This document shows positions 26,387 through 35,358 of a stretch of DNA of 64,000 bases, in pieces. A program made the position numbers and the translations under genes. Origin of the DNA: Clostridia bacterium (GTDB taxonomy: Bacteria; Bacillota; Clostridia; Oscillospirales; RGIG5554); the NCBI GenBank assembly GCA_017507855.1, contig JAFWAE010000026.1, positions 52,734 through 116,733 on the forward strand, written 5' to 3'. Positions within the stretch are counted from its first letter, which is position 1. Each line of letters starts with the position of its first letter. The notes below the pieces were generated by a model, which was not told where the DNA came from, did not search any database, and saw only the letters and a program-made list of their open reading frames with translations.

Positions 26387-26438
26387 AAAAACAATGGAAA
26401 TTTTCCCGTAAAAAATAAAAAAATAAGGAGATCTACTT

Positions 26439-27764
26439 ATGCCTAAGATCGGATTGCTGACCCTCTGCCACACTGACTATATTTGTCAGGCCATTAACAA
26501 CCAGCGCGACAATATCGCCAACGCCCTGCGCGACAAAGGCGTGGACGTGGTATACAGCGACACGCTTTGCGACGACTTTGCGAAGGCATCTGCTGAAGCC
26601 CGCCGCCTGATCAAAGAGGACGTGGAAGGCGTGATCTTTTTCCTGGGCTCCTGGATCGAGTGCCCCACGGCCATGGCCGCTGTGCGCGAGATGGAGCATT
26701 TGCCCATGTGTCTGTTCGGTTTCCCCATGTACGAGGAAAACGGCCGTTTGGAGAGCACCGGTGCCTACGTATCCTACGCTATGTTTAAGGGTGTAATGGA
26801 CCGTGTGGGCTATGCCTACAAGGGCGTGCTGGGCAACACCGACGATCCCGCCGTGCACGAGCAGTTGCTGTCCTTCTGCGTGGCGGCTTCCGCTTCCGAG
26901 CGCATGAAGCGTACCCGTATCGGCCTGGTGGGCTACACCTCCATGAGCATTTACACCGGCACCTTTGACCACGTGCTGCTGCGCGCCATCGTGGGTCCCG
27001 AGGTAGAGCAGATGGACTCCTATACCCTCATCAACATGGCCGAGGCTGTGTCCGATGCCGAGGTGGACGAAGCCATCGACTGGTTGAAGGCTCGCTCCCG
27101 CATCCGCACCGAGGTGACCTCCGAGAGCCTGCGCAAGGCCATCCGCCTGTACGTGGCCATGAAGAAGACTTGCAACGACAAGGCTTTGGATGCGTTCAAT
27201 ATCAAGTGCCAGTACGAATTCTCCAAGGAGTACAAGGCCGTTCCCTGCGTGCCTGCCTCCATGCTGGCTGACAGCGGTGTGGTCTCTTCCTGTGAGGGCG
27301 ACATGATGCTCACCGTTTCCATGACGCTGATGCATTATCTTTCCGGCGCTCCCGTTTCCTACGGTGACTCCATGAACAATAACGGCAACGTGGTGAAATT
27401 CTCCTCCTGCGGCTTCAATCCCTTCTCCTTCGGCACGAAAGAGACCTGCGAAGTGCGCAACTTCATGCCCCATCCCGGCTTTACCGGCATCCAGACCAGC
27501 TTCGTGCTGCGTCCCGGCCGTGTGACGGTGATGCGCCTGGTGGAGGATGTGGGAAGCTACCACATCGTGTATATGACCGGCGAAGGCCTGGAGACCGAGC
27601 TGCGTCAGGGCTATATGCCTGCGCTGGACGTTCGTTTGGACGGCGACGTGCAGAAATTCCTGGAGAACCTGTCCGGTCAGCATTACGCCATTGTGTACGG
27701 CGACATTTCCGACCGCATTGAAGACTACGCCCGCATTATGGGCTTTGATGCCATCCGCATCTGA
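26439..27764 (+). CDS. L-fucose/L-arabinose isomerase-like protein
   Basis: IKCQYE, PC, SCEGD, SCG, GRVTVMRL and QHYAIVYGD motifs. Confidence 0.85.
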   Translation: MPKIGLLTLCHTDYICQAINNQRDNIANALRDKGVDVVYSDTLCDDFAKASAEARRLIKEDVEGVIFFLGSWIECPTAMAAVREMEHLPMCLFGFPMYEENGRLESTGAYVSYAMFKGVMDRVGYAYKGVLGNTDDPAVHEQLLSFCVAASASERMKRTRIGLVGYTSMSIYTGTFDHVLLRAIVGPEVEQMDSYTLINMAEAVSDAEVDEAIDWLKARSRIRTEVTSESLRKAIRLYVAMKKTCNDKALDAFNIKCQYEFSKEYKAVPCVPASMLADSGVVSSCEGDMMLTVSMTLMHYLSGAPVSYGDSMNNNGNVVKFSSCGFNPFSFGTKETCEVRNFMPHPGFTGIQTSFVLRPGRVTVMRLVEDVGSYHIVYMTGEGLETELRQGYMPALDVRLDGDVQKFLENLSGQHYAIVYGDISDRIEDYARIMGFDAIRI

Positions 27765-27784
27765 CACAACAAAGGAGAAACGGT

Positions 27785-29404
27785 ATGAAACAGAGCAAGC
27801 ACGCCATTCGCGCAGTTGCGCTTTTGCTGGCTATCTGTTTGGCGGCGGCAGGATTTTACGGGTGCACGGCTGCATCCGCAAAGGAGGAAGAAACTGTGTA
27901 CGACTACAAAAATGTGAAGACGGCCGGCGGTGCCAACGATGGGTCTACCGACATTTCCTCTCTACTGGTTGAGCTGGACGCTCAAATCAAGCCGGGTGAA
28001 GCCCTCTATTTCCCCGCAGGCACCTATTTGGTTGCTTCAGATATGGAGATCGGCTCGCCCGTGGTGTTGGCGGCCAACGTGAAGCTGCAGGTGGAAGCCG
28101 GCGCTCACGCGGTGTTCAACGGCCCTGTGGAGTCCGGCCAACAGCATATCTTCACCGGCGAAGGCACGGTGCGCCTGAATTCTCAGGAAAGCTGGGGATA
28201 TCCCAAGTGGTTCGGGGTGAAAAACAACGGCCGCGAAGCAGATGATGAAGCCTTTCAGAAAGCGGTGGACAGCTGCCGTATGCTTCGCCTGCCCAACAAG
28301 GCCTATCGGCTTTCCGGAATTGTGTTTTCCCATCCCATTACGGTAGAAGGGATCGGCTCCAGCCGCATCACGATCCAGGCGGAGGCGACGACGAAGAACT
28401 TGTTCACCTTTCGCAGTAGCGACGTCAGCCTGAAGGGACTTTGCATTAAAATGGGCAAGGCGGGCAAGGACGCCCATTGCTTCTATTTTGACACCGATGC
28501 GGTGAGCATGGAAAACATTTCCCTCAAGCAAGTGTACGTGGATGACGGTTACGTGTCCTTTACGGATGCGGGAAGCGGCAAACACACAGTCAGCAAGGTG
28601 AATTTGACGGCGGTGGACTTCCGCTCTGCCCGTGATACCTGCGTCATTATCCGAGACTTCGCTTCCGATCTGGTGTTCACTGAGGTGGTCAATGCCCGTC
28701 GCGAAAACAAAAGCGCCGGAGTCTACTGTAACATGCCCGGCTTCATTATTGAAAACGTGGACGGATTTTTGGGCGAGCATATGGATACCAACGGCGAAGC
28801 CAATGCCGTGGGAGCCAACAGCTACGAGCATGATCCCGAGTGGCCCTCCCGCAATTTGGACGGTCACGGCATTATTTTCCGCAACTGCAAAAACGTGAAG
28901 ATCATCCGCACCCTGATGGAATACGTAGGTGCTTCCGGCTTCATTTTCGAAAACTGTTCCAAGCTGACGTTGGAAAATTGCGAAGCCTACACCGTGCACC
29001 GCGACGGTTTCCGTTTCGTCAACTGCACCGATTCCAATTTCTACGTCACCAAGGCCTGGGGCAACTGCAACAATAACGTAGACGGCAACAACATCACCAT
29101 GATCGGTTGCTCCGACATGAACTTTTACAGTGTGCAAACCGGAAACACCAAAAAAGGTGCTCATTCCGTGTACGTGCAGGATTGCAAGAACATTTTGATC
29201 GACACGCTGATGATGGACGGCATGCCAACCGCTGACGTAGGCTTTGTGGATGCTGGTGGAAACGAGAATGTGCTGATCAACAATATGACCTGTACCAGCA
29301 TGAACCTGACCTATACCCTTACGGGGAAGGGCGTGAAGCTGCGCAACGTGTTTTTGCCCAGCAATACCTACATTGCAGAGGTAACGGAGGCGGGCACACG
29401 ATGA
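27785..29404 (+). CDS. Right-handed beta-helix (pectin lyase fold) lipoprotein
   Basis: Lipobox FYGC; LYFPAGTY; repeated G.IF.NC coils. Confidence 0.8.
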   Translation: MKQSKHAIRAVALLLAICLAAAGFYGCTAASAKEEETVYDYKNVKTAGGANDGSTDISSLLVELDAQIKPGEALYFPAGTYLVASDMEIGSPVVLAANVKLQVEAGAHAVFNGPVESGQQHIFTGEGTVRLNSQESWGYPKWFGVKNNGREADDEAFQKAVDSCRMLRLPNKAYRLSGIVFSHPITVEGIGSSRITIQAEATTKNLFTFRSSDVSLKGLCIKMGKAGKDAHCFYFDTDAVSMENISLKQVYVDDGYVSFTDAGSGKHTVSKVNLTAVDFRSARDTCVIIRDFASDLVFTEVVNARRENKSAGVYCNMPGFIIENVDGFLGEHMDTNGEANAVGANSYEHDPEWPSRNLDGHGIIFRNCKNVKIIRTLMEYVGASGFIFENCSKLTLENCEAYTVHRDGFRFVNCTDSNFYVTKAWGNCNNNVDGNNITMIGCSDMNFYSVQTGNTKKGAHSVYVQDCKNILIDTLMMDGMPTADVGFVDAGGNENVLINNMTCTSMNLTYTLTGKGVKLRNVFLPSNTYIAEVTEAGTR

Positions 29405-31014
29405 AGGGATTGTTGAAAAAGATCCTCAGTGTGGGATTGGCTCTGATGCTGAGTGCAGGGCTGACCGCAGGCTTTACCGCTTGTACGGAAACCGAGGAGA
29501 AAGGGCTGAACGCATTTATGGAAGGCGATCTGAACATCATGGATTTTGGCGCCAAGGGAGACGGTGTTACCAACGACCTAAAGGCCCTGGAAAACGGTCT
29601 TAAAGCGGCCAAGGAGCAGGGGGCACGTCTGTATTTCCCTGCCGGTACGTATCGCCTTTCGGATAACTGTGTAGTTCCCGATACCGTGACCTTGGTATTG
29701 GGAAAAGGGGCCAAACTCAGCGTGGATGCAGAATGCATTTTGAATATCAACAGCACGGTGCACGCCGACGAGCGTCAGCAGATCGTCACGGGCGAGGGAG
29801 TCCTTCGCTTAGGCGGGTACCTGACGGCCAATCCCTTCTGGTTTGGAGCCAAGGGTGATGGCGTGACCGACGATACCGAGGCCTTTAAAAAGGCTTGGAA
29901 GGCCTGTGCGCAGATCGACCTGCCCTATACGGAGAACGGCTATTTGCTCAGTGAAATAGAGACTTTCTCCAATATGGCATTGGTGGGCATTCCCGAAGGG
30001 GACAAAAAGCCCGTGCTGAAGGCTGCCTCTGACTGCGAGATCCTGTTTCATACGAGAACGGGGCAGGGCAATTACAAGATCAGTAACGTGCAGGTGGATA
30101 TGTCTGCCGCGCCCGACGGTTCTACGGTGTTCCATTACAATACTGCCAGCGGATGGATCCAGGATATTTACGTGGATAACTGCGTGTTTACGGATGCGTA
30201 TCACGTGTTTACCGACTCCCGCGTGGGCAAGGATAACAACTCCTTGATGTACGTGCATCTGGAAGATATCCTGTGCAAGGATTCTCGAAACTCCACTTTT
30301 AAGATTTTGGACTTTGAGGGCTTCATTTTCATGAAGCGCTTCACCATTGACAATTCCAATTCCTTTACCAAGCATAAGTTGACGGACGGCTTTACGGCCG
30401 TGTGGATCGACGAGGTGCGCGGCGATATTCTGGAAGAGATGACGATTATCGGCGGCAATTCCGGTTATGCAAACGAGATTGGCTTCTCCTATAAGAACAT
30501 CGCTTCCGTTTGGTGGGATCGGGTCACGGTCAAAAATTGCGGCGGCCCTGCCATTCGCTTGCAAAACTACAATATCCTGGTTTCCCTGATTGACGTAACG
30601 GTGGAAAATTGCGGCGGCGGCGTACACACCGCAGGCTCCGGCTGGATGCAGTTGGAGCGGGTACACGTGACCGGCCGTGCCGGTCAGGAGGGAGCCAAAG
30701 AGAATACGCACGGGATCGTCATCGATAGCGGCAACATGGTGCAGCTTCACGACGTGTCCAGCTGTAACAATACGGGCAGCGGTATTTACGTGCGTTCCAG
30801 CAAACGCATCAGCATCAATAAGGCCGAACTGTGCAATAACGGCGGCTACGGCTATCAGGATTCCGCAAGTGCTCAAACCATCCTGGCTAACGCTACGGTG
30901 ACGGGAAACAAAGCGGGGCAGATCAAAAATGCCACCGCCCTTTCCGTGATCGAAAACGTGATCCTGGAGCAGGGAGGGCAGCCCCAATCTTTTACGGGCG
31001 CGGGAAATCGCTGA
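29401..31014 (+). CDS. Right-handed beta-helix (pectate_lyase_3-type) lipoprotein
   Basis: Lipobox FTAC; FGAKGDGVTxD twice; LYFPAGTY; NNxGxG coils. Confidence 0.85.
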   Translation: MKGLLKKILSVGLALMLSAGLTAGFTACTETEEKGLNAFMEGDLNIMDFGAKGDGVTNDLKALENGLKAAKEQGARLYFPAGTYRLSDNCVVPDTVTLVLGKGAKLSVDAECILNINSTVHADERQQIVTGEGVLRLGGYLTANPFWFGAKGDGVTDDTEAFKKAWKACAQIDLPYTENGYLLSEIETFSNMALVGIPEGDKKPVLKAASDCEILFHTRTGQGNYKISNVQVDMSAAPDGSTVFHYNTASGWIQDIYVDNCVFTDAYHVFTDSRVGKDNNSLMYVHLEDILCKDSRNSTFKILDFEGFIFMKRFTIDNSNSFTKHKLTDGFTAVWIDEVRGDILEEMTIIGGNSGYANEIGFSYKNIASVWWDRVTVKNCGGPAIRLQNYNILVSLIDVTVENCGGGVHTAGSGWMQLERVHVTGRAGQEGAKENTHGIVIDSGNMVQLHDVSSCNNTGSGIYVRSSKRISINKAELCNNGGYGYQDSASAQTILANATVTGNKAGQIKNATALSVIENVILEQGGQPQSFTGAGNR

Positions 31015-31038
31015 CCCTGTTTTTAAGGAGAACTTTTC

Positions 31039-31560
31039 TTGTATAAAAACATCAGAACTCTCACATATGCCGCAGCCATCGCTGCGGCTTATGTGGTCTT
31101 GACGGCTGTTTTTGCCCCCATTGGCTTCGGCGCGGTACAGTTTCGCGTTTCCGAAGCTTTGACCGTACTGCCCTTCTTTTTGCCGGCTGCGGTCCCGGGC
31201 CTTTTTGCGGGATGCCTGGTCTCCAACCTGCTTTTTTCCACTCCGCTGGATGCGGTGGTGGGATCTTTGACTACGTTGGCGGCGGCCTTTTGGGTCAGCC
31301 GCATGAAGCACCGTTGGCTGGCACCGCTCCCCACGGCTCTGCTGAACGGCATTTTCGTAGGGGCTGTGATCACCTACACCTCCGCAGGGCTGACGGCGGC
31401 CTCCCTTCCCGTTTTTGCATGGACGGCCTGCACCGTGGCACTGGGAGAAGTGGGCGTGGGCTATTTGTTGGGTATGCCGCTTTTGCTGGGAGCCGCCAAA
31501 TGGTTTGGCCGCATTCCGGAGAAAGGAGAAACTCATGGACGAAATGCACACCACAAGTGA
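31039..31560 (+). CDS. queT: QueT-family transporter (ECF S component)
   Basis: AAxIAAxYVVLT, VQFRVSEALTVLP and GCLVSN motifs; TTG start with AAGGAG. Confidence 0.88.
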   Translation: MYKNIRTLTYAAAIAAAYVVLTAVFAPIGFGAVQFRVSEALTVLPFFLPAAVPGLFAGCLVSNLLFSTPLDAVVGSLTTLAAAFWVSRMKHRWLAPLPTALLNGIFVGAVITYTSAGLTAASLPVFAWTACTVALGEVGVGYLLGMPLLLGAAKWFGRIPEKGETHGRNAHHK

Positions 31561-34045
31561 ATGGGCGAGGGAAGAGGGGGTTTCTGTTCAGAACATGCGA
31601 GTGCTACGCCGCGGGGAAGATCCCGAGGTGGCCCGTGTGTTGGCTGAATTGGAAGCCAAGCGGCAAAGCCTTTGCGAAAAAGCCCTGCAAACGCTGGAAT
31701 TTGGGAAGATCCTGCAGCAGCTGGCTTCCTGCTGTGTGATGGAGAAAGCGGCTGAAGCCGCTGTGGCCCTGCGCCCCTCCACCGACGAGGAGGCGGTGCG
31801 CCGTTTGACCGAGGAGACTACCTGCGCCAAGAGGATGCTGAACCAAAAAAGCCAGCCTCCCTTCTTGGGCGTGGGGGACGTGCCCCTGCTTTGTGACCGC
31901 GCCGCCAAAGGGGCCATGCTGACCATTCCCCAGTTGCTGAGCGTGGAGCGCTTGTTGCGCATGACCCGTGAGCTGGAGGCCTATTTTGACGGGGCCTCGG
32001 TGCCCGCCTTAGAGCCTTACGTGCAACAGCTTCAGCCCCAACGCACTCTGGAGCATACCCTGTCTCAGGCCTTTGTATCCGAAGAGGCCTTGGCAGATAG
32101 CGCCAGCGCCGAGTTGGCTGATCTGCGCCGCCGTTTGCAACGCGCAAACAGCAAGGTGCGGGATATTTTATCGGAATTTATTCGTCGCCCCGAAAGACAG
32201 AAGCTATTGCAAGAGCCCATTGTGACCATGCGGGCGGAGCGTTACGTGATCCCCGTGAAGGTGGAGTGCAAAAACGCCGTGCCGGGTATCGTGCATGATA
32301 CTTCCGCATCGGGGCAGACTTTGTTTATTGAACCCATGGCGGTGGTAAGTGCCAACAACGAGATCCGCGAGCTCCAGGCAGCCGAGCAGGCGGAGATCGA
32401 ACGCATTTTGTATCATCTTTCCTCTTTGGTGGCCGATGCCCGCCAGCCCATCGCGCAAAGCTATTTCGCTTGTGGGGCCCTTTGTCTTATTTTTGCCAAG
32501 GCAGAGCTTTCCTTCCGTATGAAGGCGGAGGAGGCTGAGCTGGCCACCGACGGGAAAATGGTGCTCAAACGGGCCCGTCACCCCTTGATCGATCCTCAAA
32601 AGGTGGTGCCCATTGACGTAAGTTTAGGAGGGCAGACAAAGCTTTTGGTCATTACCGGCCCCAACACGGGCGGCAAGACCGTCACCCTGAAGACCCTGGG
32701 GCTTCTCAGCGCTATGGCGCAGTGCGGGTTGCATATTCCTGCCGATTACGGGAGTCGCATAGCTGTGTTTGGCAGTATTTTGACCGACATCGGCGACGAG
32801 CAGAGCATTCAGCAATCCCTTTCCACCTTTTCCGCGCACATGACCAACATTGCCTCCATCGTGGACGTGCTGGACGCCCGCTCTCTGGTGTTGCTGGACG
32901 AGGTGGGAAGCGGCACAGACCCCGTGGAAGGGGCGGCGCTGGCCAATGCCTTGCTGGAGCATATCAAATCCTGCGGGGCTATCTGTGCGGCCACCACCCA
33001 CTATGCGGAGCTGAAGGTCTACGCCCTGCGCACACCGGGGGTGCAAAACGCCAGCTGTGAATTTGACGTGGAGACCCTTCGCCCTACGTACCGCCTCATG
33101 GTGGGAATCCCCGGGCGTTCCAACGCCTTTGCCATTTCCGAACGCATCGGCATTCCCGCCGGGATCGTTCGTCGGGCCAAGGAGCTTTTGGACGGGGAGA
33201 GCCGCCATTTTGAAGAGGTCATCCAGCATCTGCAAAGCGAGCAGGCCTCTTTGGAAGAGCAGCGCGAGGAGACGCAACAGCGCCTGACGGAAGCTCGCCG
33301 TGCTTCGGAAAGCGCGGAAAAAGCCCGTAAAAAGCTGGAGGAAAATTATCAAAAAGAAATCGAGCAGGCCCAAAAAGAGGCCCGAAAAATTATAGAGCGC
33401 GCCCGTGCGGCGGCCCAACAGGTCACCGATGAGCTGGAAGCTTTGAAAAAACAGCGGGATAAGGCGGAGCTGGGGCAGGCCCTCAACCGCACCCGCAGTG
33501 CTGTCAACCAACAGTTGAAAAAAGCGGAAAGTCATCTGGCTCCCGCGCGCAAAAAGGAGGCCCCCGTTACGGCCCTGCCTGACCGTCCCCTGCAAAAGGG
33601 AGACCGTGTTACGCTGGCTATGACCGGCGGCCGTGCGGAGGTGCTGGAGGCGCCCGACAAAAACGGAAGGCTTTCCGTGCTGGCGGGTAACGTGACCCTG
33701 AAGGTGCGCCTTTCCGATATTCGCGGACCTGTGGAGCGGGGTGAGGAAGGCAAGCCTCGGGAAAAGGTTACCTCGGCCAAGGTGGTGCGCACGACGGTAA
33801 ACGTGCCTTTGGAGCTGGACGTGCGCGGCCTGACGGGAGACGAGGCCGTGGCAGAGGTGGATAAATATATCGACAGCGCGGTATTGGCGCATTTGCACAC
33901 GGTGACCATCATTCACGGAAAAGGGACGGGCGTTTTGCGCCAGGTTTTGCAGACCTTCTTGAAAAGTGACTCGCGAGTAGCCGGCCTGCGCAACGGCAAA
34001 TACGGCGAAGGAGACTTCGGCGTAACGGTGTGCGAGTTAAAATAG
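31535..34045 (+). CDS. mutS2: Endonuclease MutS2
   Basis: ITGPNTGGKT, DIGDEQSIQQSLSTFS, DEVGSGTDP and Smr domain (IIHGKGTG). Confidence 0.95.
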   Translation: MDEMHTTSEWAREEGVSVQNMRVLRRGEDPEVARVLAELEAKRQSLCEKALQTLEFGKILQQLASCCVMEKAAEAAVALRPSTDEEAVRRLTEETTCAKRMLNQKSQPPFLGVGDVPLLCDRAAKGAMLTIPQLLSVERLLRMTRELEAYFDGASVPALEPYVQQLQPQRTLEHTLSQAFVSEEALADSASAELADLRRRLQRANSKVRDILSEFIRRPERQKLLQEPIVTMRAERYVIPVKVECKNAVPGIVHDTSASGQTLFIEPMAVVSANNEIRELQAAEQAEIERILYHLSSLVADARQPIAQSYFACGALCLIFAKAELSFRMKAEEAELATDGKMVLKRARHPLIDPQKVVPIDVSLGGQTKLLVITGPNTGGKTVTLKTLGLLSAMAQCGLHIPADYGSRIAVFGSILTDIGDEQSIQQSLSTFSAHMTNIASIVDVLDARSLVLLDEVGSGTDPVEGAALANALLEHIKSCGAICAATTHYAELKVYALRTPGVQNASCEFDVETLRPTYRLMVGIPGRSNAFAISERIGIPAGIVRRAKELLDGESRHFEEVIQHLQSEQASLEEQREETQQRLTEARRASESAEKARKKLEENYQKEIEQAQKEARKIIERARAAAQQVTDELEALKKQRDKAELGQALNRTRSAVNQQLKKAESHLAPARKKEAPVTALPDRPLQKGDRVTLAMTGGRAEVLEAPDKNGRLSVLAGNVTLKVRLSDIRGPVERGEEGKPREKVTSAKVVRTTVNVPLELDVRGLTGDEAVAEVDKYIDSAVLAHLHTVTIIHGKGTGVLRQVLQTFLKSDSRVAGLRNGKYGEGDFGVTVCELK

Positions 34046-34055
34046 GAGGGCGAAC

Positions 34056-34382
34056 ATGCTGTTTCGAAAAAGAAATGCCGCCCAAAAAGCCCTGGACGAA
34101 GGCACGAGATTAACCTTAGAGCGCATGCATAACCAAGCCATCCGTTACGTGTGCCAACGTCAAGAAAACGGCGAGGAAAAAATACTGGCCAAGGGGGGCT
34201 GTATTACCGTACAGCCCGATTGTGTGGAATTTTGTTGCGGCACGGTGATCTTTGAGGGCGAGCGGGAAGGCATGCGCGCGGCCGAGCTGATGAGCGGCCA
34301 AGGAGTGGTCGTCACCGCCCGTGACCGTTTGGACGGTCTAGAAAAGACCGTGATCGCCTATTACGTGTATCACCGCAAATAA
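34056..34382 (+). CDS. Hypothetical protein
   Basis: 108 aa, RBS AGGAGG, packed within the operon. Confidence 0.7.
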   Translation: MLFRKRNAAQKALDEGTRLTLERMHNQAIRYVCQRQENGEEKILAKGGCITVQPDCVEFCCGTVIFEGEREGMRAAELMSGQGVVVTARDRLDGLEKTVIAYYVYHRK

Positions 34383-34399
34383 AGAAAGGAAGAATCATT

Positions 34400-35332
34400 T
34401 TGAAGCGTTGTGCATTGCAATTGGTCCCCTCCCTGAAGCAGGCGGTTTGGGCCGGCAACCGCCTTTGCGCTGTTTACGGCACTGCAGAGCCCGTGGCAGA
34501 GGCCTGGGTGGTCAGCGGACATCCCAATGGGGAAAGTACGGTGACAGGGGGGGCCTACCATGGGCTGACCCTGTGGCAGGCAGTGCTGGCCATGGGGAAG
34601 GATGCGGTGGCCGAGGGGTTTGACGGGGAGGCCTTTCCCCAGTTGATCAAGCTGATCGACGCGGGCAGTCCCCTTTCCGTGCAGGTGCATCCGGACGACG
34701 GCTTTGCCATGAAATATGAAAACAGCCCCGGCAAGACCGAGGCGTGGTGGGTGGTGGAGGCCGAAGAGGGTGCCACCTTGGTATACGGATTGAAAAGACC
34801 CGTGCAGGGGGAGGAGCTTCGCCGTGCGGCTGAGGAAGGAAGTATGGAGGAGCTGCTCAATCAAGTGCCGGCCAGGGAAGGAGAGGTCTTTTTCATCCCT
34901 GCGGGAACGGTGCACGCCATTGGGCGCGGTCAACTGATCGCCGAGGTGCAACAGCCCAGCGACGTGACCTATCGTCTGTATGATTACAATCGCCCGGGGG
35001 CGGACGGAAAGCCCCGCCCTTTGCATTTGGACAAAGCTATGCAGGTGGCCTGCTGTGACACGCAACCCCTGCTTCCCGAAGAGCGCTTCCCCGAAAAGCT
35101 CAGCGTACCGGGCTTGTTTGGGGCGGCTCGTTTAGAGGTCAACGGTGCGAAGACTCTTTTGGTAGACGCCCGTTCTTATGCGGCTTTGCTGGGCATTGAA
35201 GGCACTGTGAAGCTGACTGCTTTGGGAGAAAGCTTTTCTTTGGGCAGGGGAGAATGTGTGTTTGTCCCTGCCGCATCCGGCGAGATCTGCCTGCAAGGAC
35301 AGGGAAAGTGCCTGTGCTTCGGCATGGAATAG
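34400..35332 (+). CDS. manA: Mannose-6-phosphate isomerase, class I
   Basis: LSVQVHPDD, KTEAW, GTVHAI and EVQQPSDVTYRLYDY motifs. Confidence 0.9.
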   Translation: MKRCALQLVPSLKQAVWAGNRLCAVYGTAEPVAEAWVVSGHPNGESTVTGGAYHGLTLWQAVLAMGKDAVAEGFDGEAFPQLIKLIDAGSPLSVQVHPDDGFAMKYENSPGKTEAWWVVEAEEGATLVYGLKRPVQGEELRRAAEEGSMEELLNQVPAREGEVFFIPAGTVHAIGRGQLIAEVQQPSDVTYRLYDYNRPGADGKPRPLHLDKAMQVACCDTQPLLPEERFPEKLSVPGLFGAARLEVNGAKTLLVDARSYAALLGIEGTVKLTALGESFSLGRGECVFVPAASGEICLQGQGKCLCFGME

Positions 35333-35358
35333 ATTATTCACGAAAGGATTTGAAGACC

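Noticed and set aside
31015-31038. preQ1 riboswitch before queT
   Set aside because: The gap is only 24 bp and has no aptamer signature.
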